A stretch of DNA of 32,284 nucleotides. Origin: a virus (lineage: Duplodnaviria; Caudoviricetes). The stretch spans positions 1 through 32,284 of the IMG/VR virus record IMGVR_UViG_3300010366_000037, one strand, 5' to 3'. Made by a program: the position numbers and the translations under genes. Shown in pieces: positions 16,901 through 25,935 of the stretch (position 1 is its first letter; the number at the start of each line of letters is the position of its first letter). The notes beneath the pieces were generated by a model, which saw only the letters and a program-made list of their open reading frames with translations, had not been told where the DNA came from and searched no databases.

Positions 16901-17571
16901 GGTTCTGTTGGTGGTTGTGTAGTTGTTGGTCCTGCTGCTTCTCCCGCTCCCACTGGCGGAGCCATTACTTGTTGACGTTCTTCTGGCGATAGCCCCGCTA
17001 AAGGATAATCTTCCCGAGTTGTTACTTCTTGACGTTGTGGACCTGTCAATCCCGCTAAAGGGTAAACATCACGTCCAGTAACTTCACGAATTTGATCACT
17101 AGTTAATCCTTGTAAACCACCTGCTCCTGGAAATACATCACGCAAAGCAGCTTCATCACGCCAATCAGGAAGCGTTCCGCCGTATTTCTGCGTGAGAGTT
17201 CCCTTTGCCCACGAAGTTTTCAAACCCTCAACAAGCGCTTTCCACTGTTCATCTTGTGCTTTCTGCGCAGCTTCAGGATGCGAGATATCGTACTCATGCT
17301 GCTTCGCTGCTTTATCCGCAGCATCCTTTGCATCCTTTGTAGCTTTATCAACCGCAGCTTGTTGTTCCCGCATAGTACGATTATAAAGCGTTTCCTGCGC
17401 AGTTTTAGCTCTGTTTGCAGCACTCTTAAGTGCTGTGTCCCACGGTGAAACGCCAGTCTTCTTATTCTTCTTAGAAGATTTAGCGGAAAGAACATCGTAG
17501 AGAGATTCACCATGCGGACCCATTAAGGAGCGAGATAGCTCTCCAAAATGCTCCATATCCACCATAGACAT
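13903..17571 (-). CDS. large internal virion / ejection protein
   Basis: 1222 aa, helical, last large gene of the structural arm; MPFYSW-type C-terminal motif; assignment from synteny. Confidence 0.65.
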   Translation of the reverse strand: MSMVDMEHFGELSRSLMGPHGESLYDVLSAKSSKKNKKTGVSPWDTALKSAANRAKTAQETLYNRTMREQQAAVDKATKDAKDAADKAAKQHEYDISHPEAAQKAQDEQWKALVEGLKTSWAKGTLTQKYGGTLPDWRDEAALRDVFPGAGGLQGLTSDQIREVTGRDVYPLAGLTGPQRQEVTTREDYPLAGLSPEERQQVMAPPVGAGEAAGPTTTQPPTEPGAQPSSPPLDLTTPVGQATLKVATLQQQIQQQKDVIAAVHKASTNQGGGPFDAFSPGDWVDLAARSGHDLMSVVGTGLNWMNKPFAYTGAALDKIINDVKAGDWQSALAGTDALQAGWNAAAHDEGLVSGSQILQDLGMPDIPVVTPLLGAGAEVALDPTTYISFGIAPAVKDALGIGIRSQIDIDRSLLQQAGKLAGKKGLTTGIGLAIPKKAKGVVNDISHVVQAGGAVGTNMTKYQSLAHDIMTREISRGTDVPTAEAYARVAIEKQMLSDQANQKLATLRRNAAIDGRNQPIIDVRLLGKSTGLGKLPIINAPYQAVRKGKAALSNTEAGQAIRSAFDLNYWLPGDTQTLWNKAQTRGVHSLEQEKQRINDVFKGLTTAEKRRIADETELGRDLSGEISKNGKDLGDIQKFWQQSNAEKFAEHVTDTGKYTPGQEVKNYVFHYYQRGSKNEIDKVRTARRLRLRDGATGADRVTLQQAEDRGLKPIREADRIMLAHAADHTRQMTNEAFQRMVVEHYGIPTDNHIWAHENELEKIKPPKSAAIKPGISIYAQPDVARVYNAIGRFGSRNEEEVAKFMKYIDSVTRYWKMANTSMRPGHHINNFIGDVFMNFLDGVTNPYRYLQGLKMVSGDRSQLSLRVGQQTLNGDDLYDLIGKSGMMKGFIGTELMEGRNPIIKGVNEFSQRRELFARYAHFFDALKKEGDKVNLGPNNTVGLMKAATAAAKRVNKWNINYGALTPVERDYFRRAMPFYSWSRKALPLMIEAMATRPGRITAISKLNRFISNVAGVDPFDMQGIPVQDWVKDQGYARVSNGPEPNIWSIPWPGSQLPASWLGSGNITGKGGLAEKFATSLHPAIQLPFELAQMKNLFTGAPLDTSIGGFSQDLFGIIKDAMAASKIGQSEADTIRGINRLTNIGIMKDTENSQLSALHNEQAPLSHEIAQFNKTLKAANLEVNKTKYGYRVYNTHYKQAVKDFSTQADAMIYALALASKGKQ
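16965..17115 (-). repeat. about 3 tandem 57-nt (19-aa) intragenic repeats
   Basis: CCCGCTAAAGG at 16994 and 17051; YPLAGLxxxxRQxV. Confidence 0.8.
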
Positions 17572-18752
17572 TAAATAGCCTGCCTTCCACCACCGATTCT
17601 AACCGGCTTTTCTACAACCTTCCCAGGTGGATTCCAAGTTATCTGCGGATTGTAAGTGGCAAGTCTTTCTGTCAAACCTTCATTTGGAGTAACGGCTCTC
17701 ATAATTACATTGGCCGCTTGTTGATCCCCACCAGAAGCAGCTAAAGCTTCTTCCCATGTTGGCGGCCAATGATCTGCACTTGGCGTAGCGCTAGAAGCGC
17801 TTGAACCACCCCCACCGGAGCGTCGTCTCCCACCACCCCCTCCAGAGCCTCCAGCAGCCGCACTTTGTGCTGCGGCCAATTGATTCTGAAGTTGCAATTC
17901 TGCCAGTTTCAATTGACCTTGATTTGCCAACCACTGAGAATACAATTGATTAGGATCAGCCAAACCCCAATGTTGTGCAGCCATTTGAGCAATCGCAGAT
18001 TGTGTTTGAGCACCAGTTGTCGCCGCCGAGAGTGCTCGTTGCTGCAAAAGATCGTCTATGATACTTTGTCTCTGACCAAGGACAGCTTGGGAATTTGCTC
18101 TGTTGGTTGCATTGATTGCTCCGAGACGAGCAAGCTGATCAGCAAGGACTGAAGTTTGACTACCTGCCCCTGTAGTTTGCCCAAGTCCAATAGAGTTTGC
18201 GAAATCTTGGTTCGCGGCCATTCGTCCTTGGCCAAACTGAGACACGTCTCTTCCAGCCTGGTCAAAATATCCACCAATAGTTGATCCAAGATTTGCTGTT
18301 CTCTGCTCATAATCCTGTCTTCCTGCGGTCAGAGCTTTCTGCAACTGATCATAATACCCGCCAACATTCTTACTTTCGTTAGTATACAACTGGCCTTCCA
18401 GAGTAGGAATAGCCAGAAACGGATTTGGAGTGAATGATTGCCCGGTGCCCTTGACAGCATTTGAAATGTCTTGGATAGACATTGGATTACCATTAGGATC
18501 AAGAATTTGAGTTTGACCCTGATATGCTTTGTCGAGGAAACCACCAGGCTTCGAGAATTCATCCCAGGCAGGACCGAGCGCACCTTGAAATTGAGCATTG
18601 CTCATTACAGCTTGAACCGGCATTTGCCCAACCTGATCCAAATACGGACCCTGATTGACCGGCAACGGTTTCGACGGCTGCAAAGCCTTTGTCAAACTAG
18701 CAATGTAATCAGGAGAACTTGTTGCAGTAGCCATTACGCTGGTGGCCTCCAT
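17571..18752 (-). CDS. putative internal virion protein (Gln/Ala/Gly-rich)
   Basis: composition and synteny. Confidence 0.6.
   Translation of the reverse strand: MEATSVMATATSSPDYIASLTKALQPSKPLPVNQGPYLDQVGQMPVQAVMSNAQFQGALGPAWDEFSKPGGFLDKAYQGQTQILDPNGNPMSIQDISNAVKGTGQSFTPNPFLAIPTLEGQLYTNESKNVGGYYDQLQKALTAGRQDYEQRTANLGSTIGGYFDQAGRDVSQFGQGRMAANQDFANSIGLGQTTGAGSQTSVLADQLARLGAINATNRANSQAVLGQRQSIIDDLLQQRALSAATTGAQTQSAIAQMAAQHWGLADPNQLYSQWLANQGQLKLAELQLQNQLAAAQSAAAGGSGGGGGRRRSGGGGSSASSATPSADHWPPTWEEALAASGGDQQAANVIMRAVTPNEGLTERLATYNPQITWNPPGKVVEKPVRIGGGRQAI
18168..18177 (+). repeat. dispersed 10-mer CCCTGTAGTT
   Basis: exact copy. Confidence 0.8.
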
Positions 18753-19669
18753 CCTGGCGGCAAATTCATTCCATTACGTACAGCTTCAGCCACAGCGGCC
18801 CAATCAATTGGATTGCCGCTCGCATCAACTGGAGAAAGCGGCGGCAATTGTGCTCCAGACATTTGACCGTAGTAATTTGCTTGCATCTGCTGAAGCTGCT
18901 GAAGCAGATTTGCATTCGCTTGATCAACGGCTTGCTGTTGCTGCCGCTGTGCTTGCTGTTGAGCTTGTTGCTGAACCCAATCAGAAACGTTCTTGACGTA
19001 CGCAGATTCCAGATCACCAAGCTTCGTCTGGTATTCACCTTGAATCCCAACTCGTTGCCCAGCAATACCACGAAGAGCATTCGCTCTGGCACTAGCAAGT
19101 CTGTCAAGAATGTCCGAATACCGTTGTCCGAGCAAAGCTCGCTGATCTGTTGTAATTCCGCTGGACAAGATACCTTGGAAAGCAAGTCGATCCATCAACT
19201 GCTTCATTGCTAAATCTTGTCCCTGCAACTGACTCGAACGATTCTTCTCATACGCTGTGTTAATATCTCCCTCTTGAAGATTGAGGTTATTCAGCTTCCC
19301 CATTTCGCCAGCGTAGAGATTTTGAACACCTGTATCGAATCCTTGATTGTACGGCATTCCAGCCAAATCCGTAGCGCCCGGAACAGATCCGAGCAATCTA
19401 CGCTGTATTGCTCCCGCATCTGGCATTGGTCCCAATGCAGAATCAGTTGGAGCCGGAGCAGGAGTTTGATTAAGACCAACTACAGGGGCCATCTGCGATC
19501 TTTGCGATGCAAAGTCATTTGTAGGCAAAGCTGTCAATCCAGTTTGCCCGGCCATTTGATTCCGTTGCTCTTGGTAGTATTCGGGAGTATTCAGGTTGCC
19601 GGTAGGCATTTTCTGCTGCACACCAAACTGCGCAGGATCGTTTCGGCTGATTGTGCTAGCAAGTGCCAT
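18734..19669 (-). CDS. putative internal virion protein (Gln-rich coiled coil; AIQRRL)
   Basis: composition and synteny; TGATG coupling. Confidence 0.6.
   Translation of the reverse strand: MALASTISRNDPAQFGVQQKMPTGNLNTPEYYQEQRNQMAGQTGLTALPTNDFASQRSQMAPVVGLNQTPAPAPTDSALGPMPDAGAIQRRLLGSVPGATDLAGMPYNQGFDTGVQNLYAGEMGKLNNLNLQEGDINTAYEKNRSSQLQGQDLAMKQLMDRLAFQGILSSGITTDQRALLGQRYSDILDRLASARANALRGIAGQRVGIQGEYQTKLGDLESAYVKNVSDWVQQQAQQQAQRQQQQAVDQANANLLQQLQQMQANYYGQMSGAQLPPLSPVDASGNPIDWAAVAEAVRNGMNLPPGWRPPA
19478..19487 (-). repeat. dispersed 10-mer CCCTGTAGTT
   Basis: AACTACAGGG on +. Confidence 0.8.
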
Positions 19670-19965
19670 CAGAAACCACCCTGTAGTTGCTTCGTAGGTT
19701 TGCCAGCCTTACGTACCTTTTGAAGTCGGCGGGCAATTGCTTCCTGAGTAATCTGAGCCGGAGTGAAATTGAATCCGCCCAATTGCTGGCGGGTACCGAC
19801 ACGCGGCGCATTTGAAACTCCCTGATATACCGGCGTTCCTCTAGCAGCTTGGCCCATTGGACCGCGAGAGTCAACTAGTCCCAAAAGCGAAGCAATTAAG
19901 CCGCCGGAACTTCCCTGAGCCTGACCTGGTAAACCTCGTGATGGTCCCATTATGTTAGACTCCAA
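19669..19965 (-). CDS. small Gly-rich basic putative virion protein (AIARRL)
   Basis: fills the gap between fibre and internal protein genes. Confidence 0.65.
   Translation of the reverse strand: MESNIMGPSRGLPGQAQGSSGGLIASLLGLVDSRGPMGQAARGTPVYQGVSNAPRVGTRQQLGGFNFTPAQITQEAIARRLQKVRKAGKPTKQLQGGF
19679..19688 (+). repeat. dispersed 10-mer CCCTGTAGTT
   Basis: exact copy. Confidence 0.8.
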
Positions 19966-21509
19966 GAACAGTTAAGAGATAAATACACAATAGCATATGC
20001 ACTATTTGGAGGACTTGAACCAGCAAATGCTCGAAGAAGAATTACACCATCTGCTTGAATATCAAGTCGTGTATATTGATCATTTTGTGGTACATTGTTA
20101 GATGCTATAGTTGAAAAAAGTAAATGTTGAGGTGGTCTATAACCTGCTGGAAGTATAGCAACTGTAGTCTCACCGCCAATAGCAGCAGCATGAACTACAA
20201 GACCTTCCAATCGTACCGTAGCCCCAAATTCTTCTAGACGATAACGAGCCGTCTGCCAACCGCCGCCATAATTAGTCCAACCAGTTGAAAAAGAAACTGC
20301 TTGCCATGCACCAACAGCACTTGCCCATTGCGTATCGTAATCTGTCGCTGATTTTTTAACAAGAGCTTGATTAGTTGCGCCACCAGTTGGAATCGCCGTA
20401 GAGGAAGTGGTAAGCCACTGTGTATCGTAATCTGAACCAGATTTTTTGGCAAGGACTTGATTGGTGGCACCGCCTGGAATTATTCCAATTCCTGGATCAC
20501 CTTTGGTTCCACCAACGGGAAATATCATAACCCAACTAGCACCAGCGGACCAAGCAATAGCAGCAGCTGGTTGACCTTGTACTCGAATTATGTCACCTGC
20601 GACACAATCAAATATAGTTTCTACAAGTGACTGGAACCAATAACCAATAGGACTTTGAAGATCAGATTGACTTGCACGAACCGCTTTTACTGTAGAACCA
20701 TTTGATGCATATTGAATAACTTGGACATTCATAGCATTACCACCAGTAGCATTTGAATATCCAACTAGTGCAGCCGAAGCTCTATATTTACCAGCTTGAT
20801 TTACTATAATATCTCTAGTGTTAGCTGTAAACGTAAAGCCAACATTTGAACTTGGAGCAGCCCACGTTACATCAGTCCAAGTAGCAGGAGTAGCTGCAAA
20901 TGTATTAGCTGAACCGTGAAAATAAGCAGGAGTATCCGGTCCAGGACCAGACGCCGCAAAAGTTACTGGCCCAACATCTTCAACAACTATACGCATTGGA
21001 GTAGTAGCATCGGCATAACAATAGCACGTACCAGTAGTACAAGCTATATAAACCATGTGAGTTATTGATGCTGCACTAGCTGGAGTTACGATAGTAAAGA
21101 AATCAAGACTATCTCCGTAGCCAGCATATGCAATAGTAGTTGAAGTTCCGTCAACAACAGTTCCGCCAGCGAATTCTCTAATCTGACATTGAAATACTGT
21201 ACTAGCCTGGTTGATAACAGGTAGAAGATCAACACTAGTTTTGTAACGTCGCCCAACTACTGGAGTCCACGTTGCATTCAATCCAATGCTGGTATATGTT
21301 CCACCAACGTTACCGCTGTTAGCAGTTAATGTACCCTGGGCAACAACTCCCCAAGCTGAATTCCAGTTACTTGTTAGATAAGGAATCCACTGAGTTCCAT
21401 CACTCAAATAGAGTTGTTTCAAACCTGTGTGGAAATACGTATCACCCGCCAAACCAACAGCCGGTGCAGCAGCATAAGGAGCCGCATTCGTAATTCCGTA
21501 GCTACGCAT
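19950..21509 (-). CDS. tail fibre / receptor-binding protein
   Basis: GDTYF...LY.SDGTQW, GGATNQ.L.KKS..DYDTQW repeats, C-terminal LPAGYRP domain. Confidence 0.8.
   Translation of the reverse strand: MRSYGITNAAPYAAAPAVGLAGDTYFHTGLKQLYLSDGTQWIPYLTSNWNSAWGVVAQGTLTANSGNVGGTYTSIGLNATWTPVVGRRYKTSVDLLPVINQASTVFQCQIREFAGGTVVDGTSTTIAYAGYGDSLDFFTIVTPASAASITHMVYIACTTGTCYCYADATTPMRIVVEDVGPVTFAASGPGPDTPAYFHGSANTFAATPATWTDVTWAAPSSNVGFTFTANTRDIIVNQAGKYRASAALVGYSNATGGNAMNVQVIQYASNGSTVKAVRASQSDLQSPIGYWFQSLVETIFDCVAGDIIRVQGQPAAAIAWSAGASWVMIFPVGGTKGDPGIGIIPGGATNQVLAKKSGSDYDTQWLTTSSTAIPTGGATNQALVKKSATDYDTQWASAVGAWQAVSFSTGWTNYGGGWQTARYRLEEFGATVRLEGLVVHAAAIGGETTVAILPAGYRPPQHLLFSTIASNNVPQNDQYTRLDIQADGVILLRAFAGSSPPNSAYAIVYLSLNCSWSLT
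20325..20480 (-). repeat. 2 x 90-nt (30-aa period) intragenic repeat
   Basis: GGATNQVLAKKSGSDYDTQW / GGATNQALVKKSATDYDTQW. Confidence 0.85.
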
Positions 21510-22639
21510 TAGCCAACTACCACCACACGATAACCAGCACCGAGAGCGGGATTGAAACGAATAGTAGCCGTATTAACAGTCGTTGCATCCCAATCTACTT
21601 CAACAGCAGTATACGGCGAGTTTCCGTTCAAAACAGTCAACATAATATCTCGGGTATTCAAGTTGTGAGTCACTACTTCAGGACTTGTTGTTCCAGTCAA
21701 CGGAGCAGAGTATGACCACGCATATTTGTTATCTGCATATGCAACAGTTGCGATGACTGCTGTATTAACGTGAAGTTCGTCAGCATTGACGATGAGACTT
21801 GTATCACCAGCAATGACATTAAGTGTATTGCCGGCCTGAGTCATACCAGCACCAGCAACAATTGTGCCGACGCCAGCGAATTGAACCCACGTTGTCGAAG
21901 TAGTGCCTATTGTAATAGGCGCATCAGTTGTGCAGACCCATGAAGTATCAGCAAGTGTTGCACCTTCTGATACATATACTGAAGCGTTAACAAGTTCAGC
22001 ACCAGTATCCGCATCAGCAGCACGAGTCCAAGCACCAGAAGCAGCAATGTAAATACCGTTTTGAGAAGCTGTTGTTTGATTCTTTAGAAGAAATCTGTCA
22101 CCAGCAACAAGAGTGACACCGTCAACAGTAAGTAAACCAGTCAGAGCAACGTAGTTGGCAACACTTGCCAAACGAACTGTTTGTTTCCATGAAAGTCCTT
22201 GAACCATGTTATCAACATAGTTCTTACTTGCAGCATCCTGAATACCAGTCGGGTAATTCAGATTGGTAATTTTATTAAAGTTGAGGTTAATATCAGCCGT
22301 CGGAGCAGCCAGCGCAGACAATGGAATGGTTGAATGGGCTGCTGCATCGTGAACTGGATTACCGTGTCCGTGGTCTGAACGAGCCGCAGTAGTTGCTACA
22401 CCATCAGTCTTTGTTGCACCAAATGTCTGCTCTTGAAGAATCGTACCGAACGAAACTGCACCGCCTTGAGCAGATTGCCATACTGTACCGTCATACCATT
22501 TGAGAATATTGTTCGTTGAATCAAACCATAGCTGGCCCTTTACGGGCGAAGCTGGCGGTGAACCAGAACCAAGATTCTGAACAACTGCTTGCCGCAGTTC
22601 ATTCTTTTGAAGATCAACCGCTGCATAAAATACAGGCAT
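21509..22639 (-). CDS. tail fibre protein
   Basis: GQLWFD, DAASKNYVD, GDRFLLKNQTTASQNGIY, WVQF motifs. Confidence 0.8.
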   Translation of the reverse strand: MPVFYAAVDLQKNELRQAVVQNLGSGSPPASPVKGQLWFDSTNNILKWYDGTVWQSAQGGAVSFGTILQEQTFGATKTDGVATTAARSDHGHGNPVHDAAAHSTIPLSALAAPTADINLNFNKITNLNYPTGIQDAASKNYVDNMVQGLSWKQTVRLASVANYVALTGLLTVDGVTLVAGDRFLLKNQTTASQNGIYIAASGAWTRAADADTGAELVNASVYVSEGATLADTSWVCTTDAPITIGTTSTTWVQFAGVGTIVAGAGMTQAGNTLNVIAGDTSLIVNADELHVNTAVIATVAYADNKYAWSYSAPLTGTTSPEVVTHNLNTRDIMLTVLNGNSPYTAVEVDWDATTVNTATIRFNPALGAGYRVVVVG

Positions 22640-22648
22640 TGTTCAGAC

Positions 22649-23590
22649 CTAACTCAAGTAAGCTTCTCCGGCGACCGAGGCTGAAAAGAACAATTGAATT
22701 TCTGCGGCTGAGGCGTATTGCACATCTGGAAATATTTCTCGTCCAGTGGAATCCACAACAGTAATGTTTGGATAAAACGATAGACCGTGAAATATGTCCC
22801 AGAACGTAGCAGGAGATGATTGAACAAACCGATAAGTTCCACCGCCACCAGTTCCAGGTGTACCTGGCGGTCCTTGTGGTCCAGTATCTCCTTTCAATCC
22901 TTGTGGACCTTGTGAACCCGTAGCTCCTGTATCTCCTTTATCTCCCTTCGCACCCGTTATTGAAATAATTGAAATCCACGAACGAGTATCAAACGTTAAA
23001 GTTGGAGTATTGACATAGACCTGTGTTTCAATTTCATCACCAACCGCCATATCAAATATACCACTACCCCGAACTCCATCCCACCAGTTAGCTAGAGTAC
23101 CAATATTTACTGATTCGTATTGTCGTATTACCGTGCTACCGCCACGTACTTGAACAAGATAGCATCCTGCATACGAAGAAGAAGCAGAACTTTGACCGCT
23201 TAGATGAATCTCAACGAAATACTTTCCAGCTACATCACACATTACTCTCTGAGCAGATGATACGTGGAAACCATTGGCTTGAACAAGCGTAATTCCACCA
23301 TTCATAACCTCAACGCCAGTAGTAGTAATAGCTTTACTACCAAACTGACCCTGGAAGAATCCGCCGCTCGGAATCCCTGCATGAACGTGATCTTCTCTTG
23401 CAGGAGTATCCGAAATTCCTGGAAACGCTGTAGCACCTATTGGTTGCGGATCAACCGAAGGATGGAATGACAAACCAAAACGATGCCGTTCCGGCAAGTC
23501 ATGATGATAGTAATCCAGGACTTCGCCAAGAGGATTATGAATAGTTTCAAGGTCTACAATTGGATTCTTCTGATTGTTATTCTCACTCAT
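22649..23590 (-). CDS. collagen-repeat tail fibre / minor tail protein
   Basis: Gly-X-Y run GAKGDKGDTGATGSQGPQG...; ATG 23590 preferred over 23626. Confidence 0.75.
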   Translation of the reverse strand: MSENNNQKNPIVDLETIHNPLGEVLDYYHHDLPERHRFGLSFHPSVDPQPIGATAFPGISDTPAREDHVHAGIPSGGFFQGQFGSKAITTTGVEVMNGGITLVQANGFHVSSAQRVMCDVAGKYFVEIHLSGQSSASSSYAGCYLVQVRGGSTVIRQYESVNIGTLANWWDGVRGSGIFDMAVGDEIETQVYVNTPTLTFDTRSWISIISITGAKGDKGDTGATGSQGPQGLKGDTGPQGPPGTPGTGGGGTYRFVQSSPATFWDIFHGLSFYPNITVVDSTGREIFPDVQYASAAEIQLFFSASVAGEAYLS

Positions 23591-23798
23591 TTGAAATCCA
23601 ATTTCGATACGTCGGCAAATCAGCAAGAATCACATCGACCAAACCTATTCCCTCTGAATTCATGTATTCCTTTAGAGGGCCATTAACTACAGGGTCGACG
23701 GGGAGGTTCTCTCGCAGATAGATTTCTATCTGTCGATATTGCTCTTCCTGCGTATCGTATTTCTTCAGTTCGTCTTCTACATCAGCCCGAGTTATCAT
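23583..23798 (-). CDS. hypothetical protein
   Basis: ATGA overlap with the nozzle gene. Confidence 0.65.
   Translation of the reverse strand: MITRADVEDELKKYDTQEEQYRQIEIYLRENLPVDPVVNGPLKEYMNSEGIGLVDVILADLPTYRNWISNE
23685..23694 (-). repeat. dispersed 10-mer CCCTGTAGTT
   Basis: AACTACAGGG on +. Confidence 0.8.
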
Positions 23799-25318
23799 GT
23801 ATCCGCCGCAACAAGAGACTTAAGCATAATGACAAAGTTCATCGTGAGAATACGCATTGGAGCCGTTGTAACCTCGTCAATAGCAATGTCTAACTGACGG
23901 AAATACCCCGGCCCTTCAATTCTGTACACTTTTGGATCTTTGACAACAACTAGTCCAGCCGGTACGCGAACGTTGTCAATCTGGTTATCTATACCATACG
24001 TCACCTTTGGAATGGCGCCGATAGTTGAATCCAGTTCTGGAAGAAAGACCTTACAGCGTTTCAAATCAAAGGTGTCACCGAAATCCATGATCTTTGTTTT
24101 GAGATGGGAATTGAATGCAAATCCTTTATCCGTTGGATTTGTGTCATCCAAAATAAAGATCGACGTCGTATCGGTTGGTTCCACATTCCAACTATCAACT
24201 ATCTGCAACGTTGGCGGCAGCGTTGTCAATCCACCTGAATTGTACCAGTTGAAGATGGATAACGGACGCCAGGCTTTCACGCCGGGGGCGACCTGCATTT
24301 CAGACCAGGCGTCCGCATCCAAACTGTACCAGAGGTAGGCGCAGGGAATAACCCCGCTAACCTGCGGCAGAGAATATTGTCGATAACAAACGAAAAGTCT
24401 TCGGTTGCTAAGCGACAATGCGCTATTTACATCTCTGTAAGGTTGCGGACTCTGCTTGAAATATCTACGAACACGGTTTGTAAGTTCTTTGAAGATAGCC
24501 CCATCAGAACGCCAAACCCCATCCCAAGAAAGCATATAGATTAGCCCCTGAAATGTAAGTACAGCATTCTCTGAGATGGCACCGCGTTCGGTATTCAAGA
24601 TTCTTAGTTGCCACGAAGCAATGTTTCCAGCAAGAAACAGTTGCCAAACCGTCATTGTTTTGAAAAGCATAAGACGATCTGCAAAAGGCAATGAAGCAAC
24701 CAAGGAAGATGGATCACCAGTTCTGATCTTAATAACAGAACTGACTCCCCAAGTATCAACGCCAGCCGGGCCAGGATCAGAGTAATATAAGTTACTTGAT
24801 GTGCCACCATCACAAACCCAGAGCCTGTCTTTGAATGCAACGATGTGACTACCGGCTGGCGAACCTGAGACAGTTGTGAGTGTTGAGCCATTCCATTTGG
24901 CAACACCAGTACTGTCTACGAGATAGAGAACGTTGTTGTACTGAACAGCGTACCGAAATGCACGAGTAGCTGAAACGGTTGTAGACCAAGTGACGCCGCC
25001 GTCTGTACTTGCAAGCGTACGTTGATTTATACCGTCATTGAAATTCGCTACCAGTTGCGGTGAACCGCCAGTATCGTAGATTGCAAGAACCTTTGAAGCG
25101 CCAACACCTGTTTGTGGACTCCAAGATCGAAAACCAGGGCGCTTGACAAGAGTTCTTGCAACCGTAACATTGAAATTTACCAGTTCGGTAAACTCCGTAT
25201 CACGGACCAAATCTGGATCAAGTTCATTATTGAGTCCTGCAAAACGGGAGATACTTTCTCTCCGCTCATACCGCCGCAGGCGTCGGGGGCCAGTTACGTT
25301 TACCATGTGTAATCCCAA
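23795..25318 (-). CDS. tail nozzle / stabilization protein (tail tubular B- or P22 gp10-like)
   Basis: FAGLN...KRPG N-terminus, FKDRLW, LYYSD, beta-propeller-like; follows the adaptor gene. Confidence 0.75.
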   Translation of the reverse strand: MGLHMVNVTGPRRLRRYERRESISRFAGLNNELDPDLVRDTEFTELVNFNVTVARTLVKRPGFRSWSPQTGVGASKVLAIYDTGGSPQLVANFNDGINQRTLASTDGGVTWSTTVSATRAFRYAVQYNNVLYLVDSTGVAKWNGSTLTTVSGSPAGSHIVAFKDRLWVCDGGTSSNLYYSDPGPAGVDTWGVSSVIKIRTGDPSSLVASLPFADRLMLFKTMTVWQLFLAGNIASWQLRILNTERGAISENAVLTFQGLIYMLSWDGVWRSDGAIFKELTNRVRRYFKQSPQPYRDVNSALSLSNRRLFVCYRQYSLPQVSGVIPCAYLWYSLDADAWSEMQVAPGVKAWRPLSIFNWYNSGGLTTLPPTLQIVDSWNVEPTDTTSIFILDDTNPTDKGFAFNSHLKTKIMDFGDTFDLKRCKVFLPELDSTIGAIPKVTYGIDNQIDNVRVPAGLVVVKDPKVYRIEGPGYFRQLDIAIDEVTTAPMRILTMNFVIMLKSLVAADT

Positions 25319-25935
25319 GGATCAGGACGTACAGCCACATACGAATTGCTTGATGGATCGAATACAATTTCCGCCGATTCTGCCATGCGTTGTGAATGGG
25401 CCGCTTGAAGGGCATTGCGTTCGTCGTAGTCTTCGTTCAACTCTCTTGCTTTCATCATGCAGTAGTTTACAACATCTTCATGCATGTGAAGCGGAATGCC
25501 CAACTGATCGTTTCCATCATTCACAATAGGAGCAAGCTTCGGATAGTACAATTTCAGTACCTGCGACTGCGCCTGATTAGGGTCGGGATACAAATGAATC
25601 GTCTCACCCCATTTATACCAGAAAGGCTTTGAGTTGCCAGTAGTATGAACTGGATCACTCAACGCATACATATCGAGTTGATCCAGAGTTGTTTGCTGGA
25701 TCACTTCTCCCTGGTATTCGACACGAGCAGCCCGAATGAAATCGGGCGGTAATTCGTAATCATTGTCACCAGGAACAGTATCCCAAATCTTTGTACCCTG
25801 TAGTACTTCAGTTCTGCGGCAGATATCATTTTGCGCAGCATTGACCCAGTCGATGATATCCGTTATACGAATCTGCGATTCATTCTCGTCACCGAATGAA
25901 CGTTGAACTCTACGAATAACATCATCTACGTTCAC
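25300..25935 (-). CDS. head-tail adaptor (tail tubular A-like)
   Basis: WVNAAQ..I, Y.LP.DF, LYP.P motifs; synteny. Confidence 0.75.
   Translation of the reverse strand: MNVDDVIRRVQRSFGDENESQIRITDIIDWVNAAQNDICRRTEVLQGTKIWDTVPGDNDYELPPDFIRAARVEYQGEVIQQTTLDQLDMYALSDPVHTTGNSKPFWYKWGETIHLYPDPNQAQSQVLKLYYPKLAPIVNDGNDQLGIPLHMHEDVVNYCMMKARELNEDYDERNALQAAHSQRMAESAEIVFDPSSNSYVAVRPDPWDYTW

Noticed and set aside
19950-21509. Diversity-generating retroelement target in the fibre gene
   Set aside because: No reverse transcriptase or adenine-specific template/variable repeat pair noticed in the window
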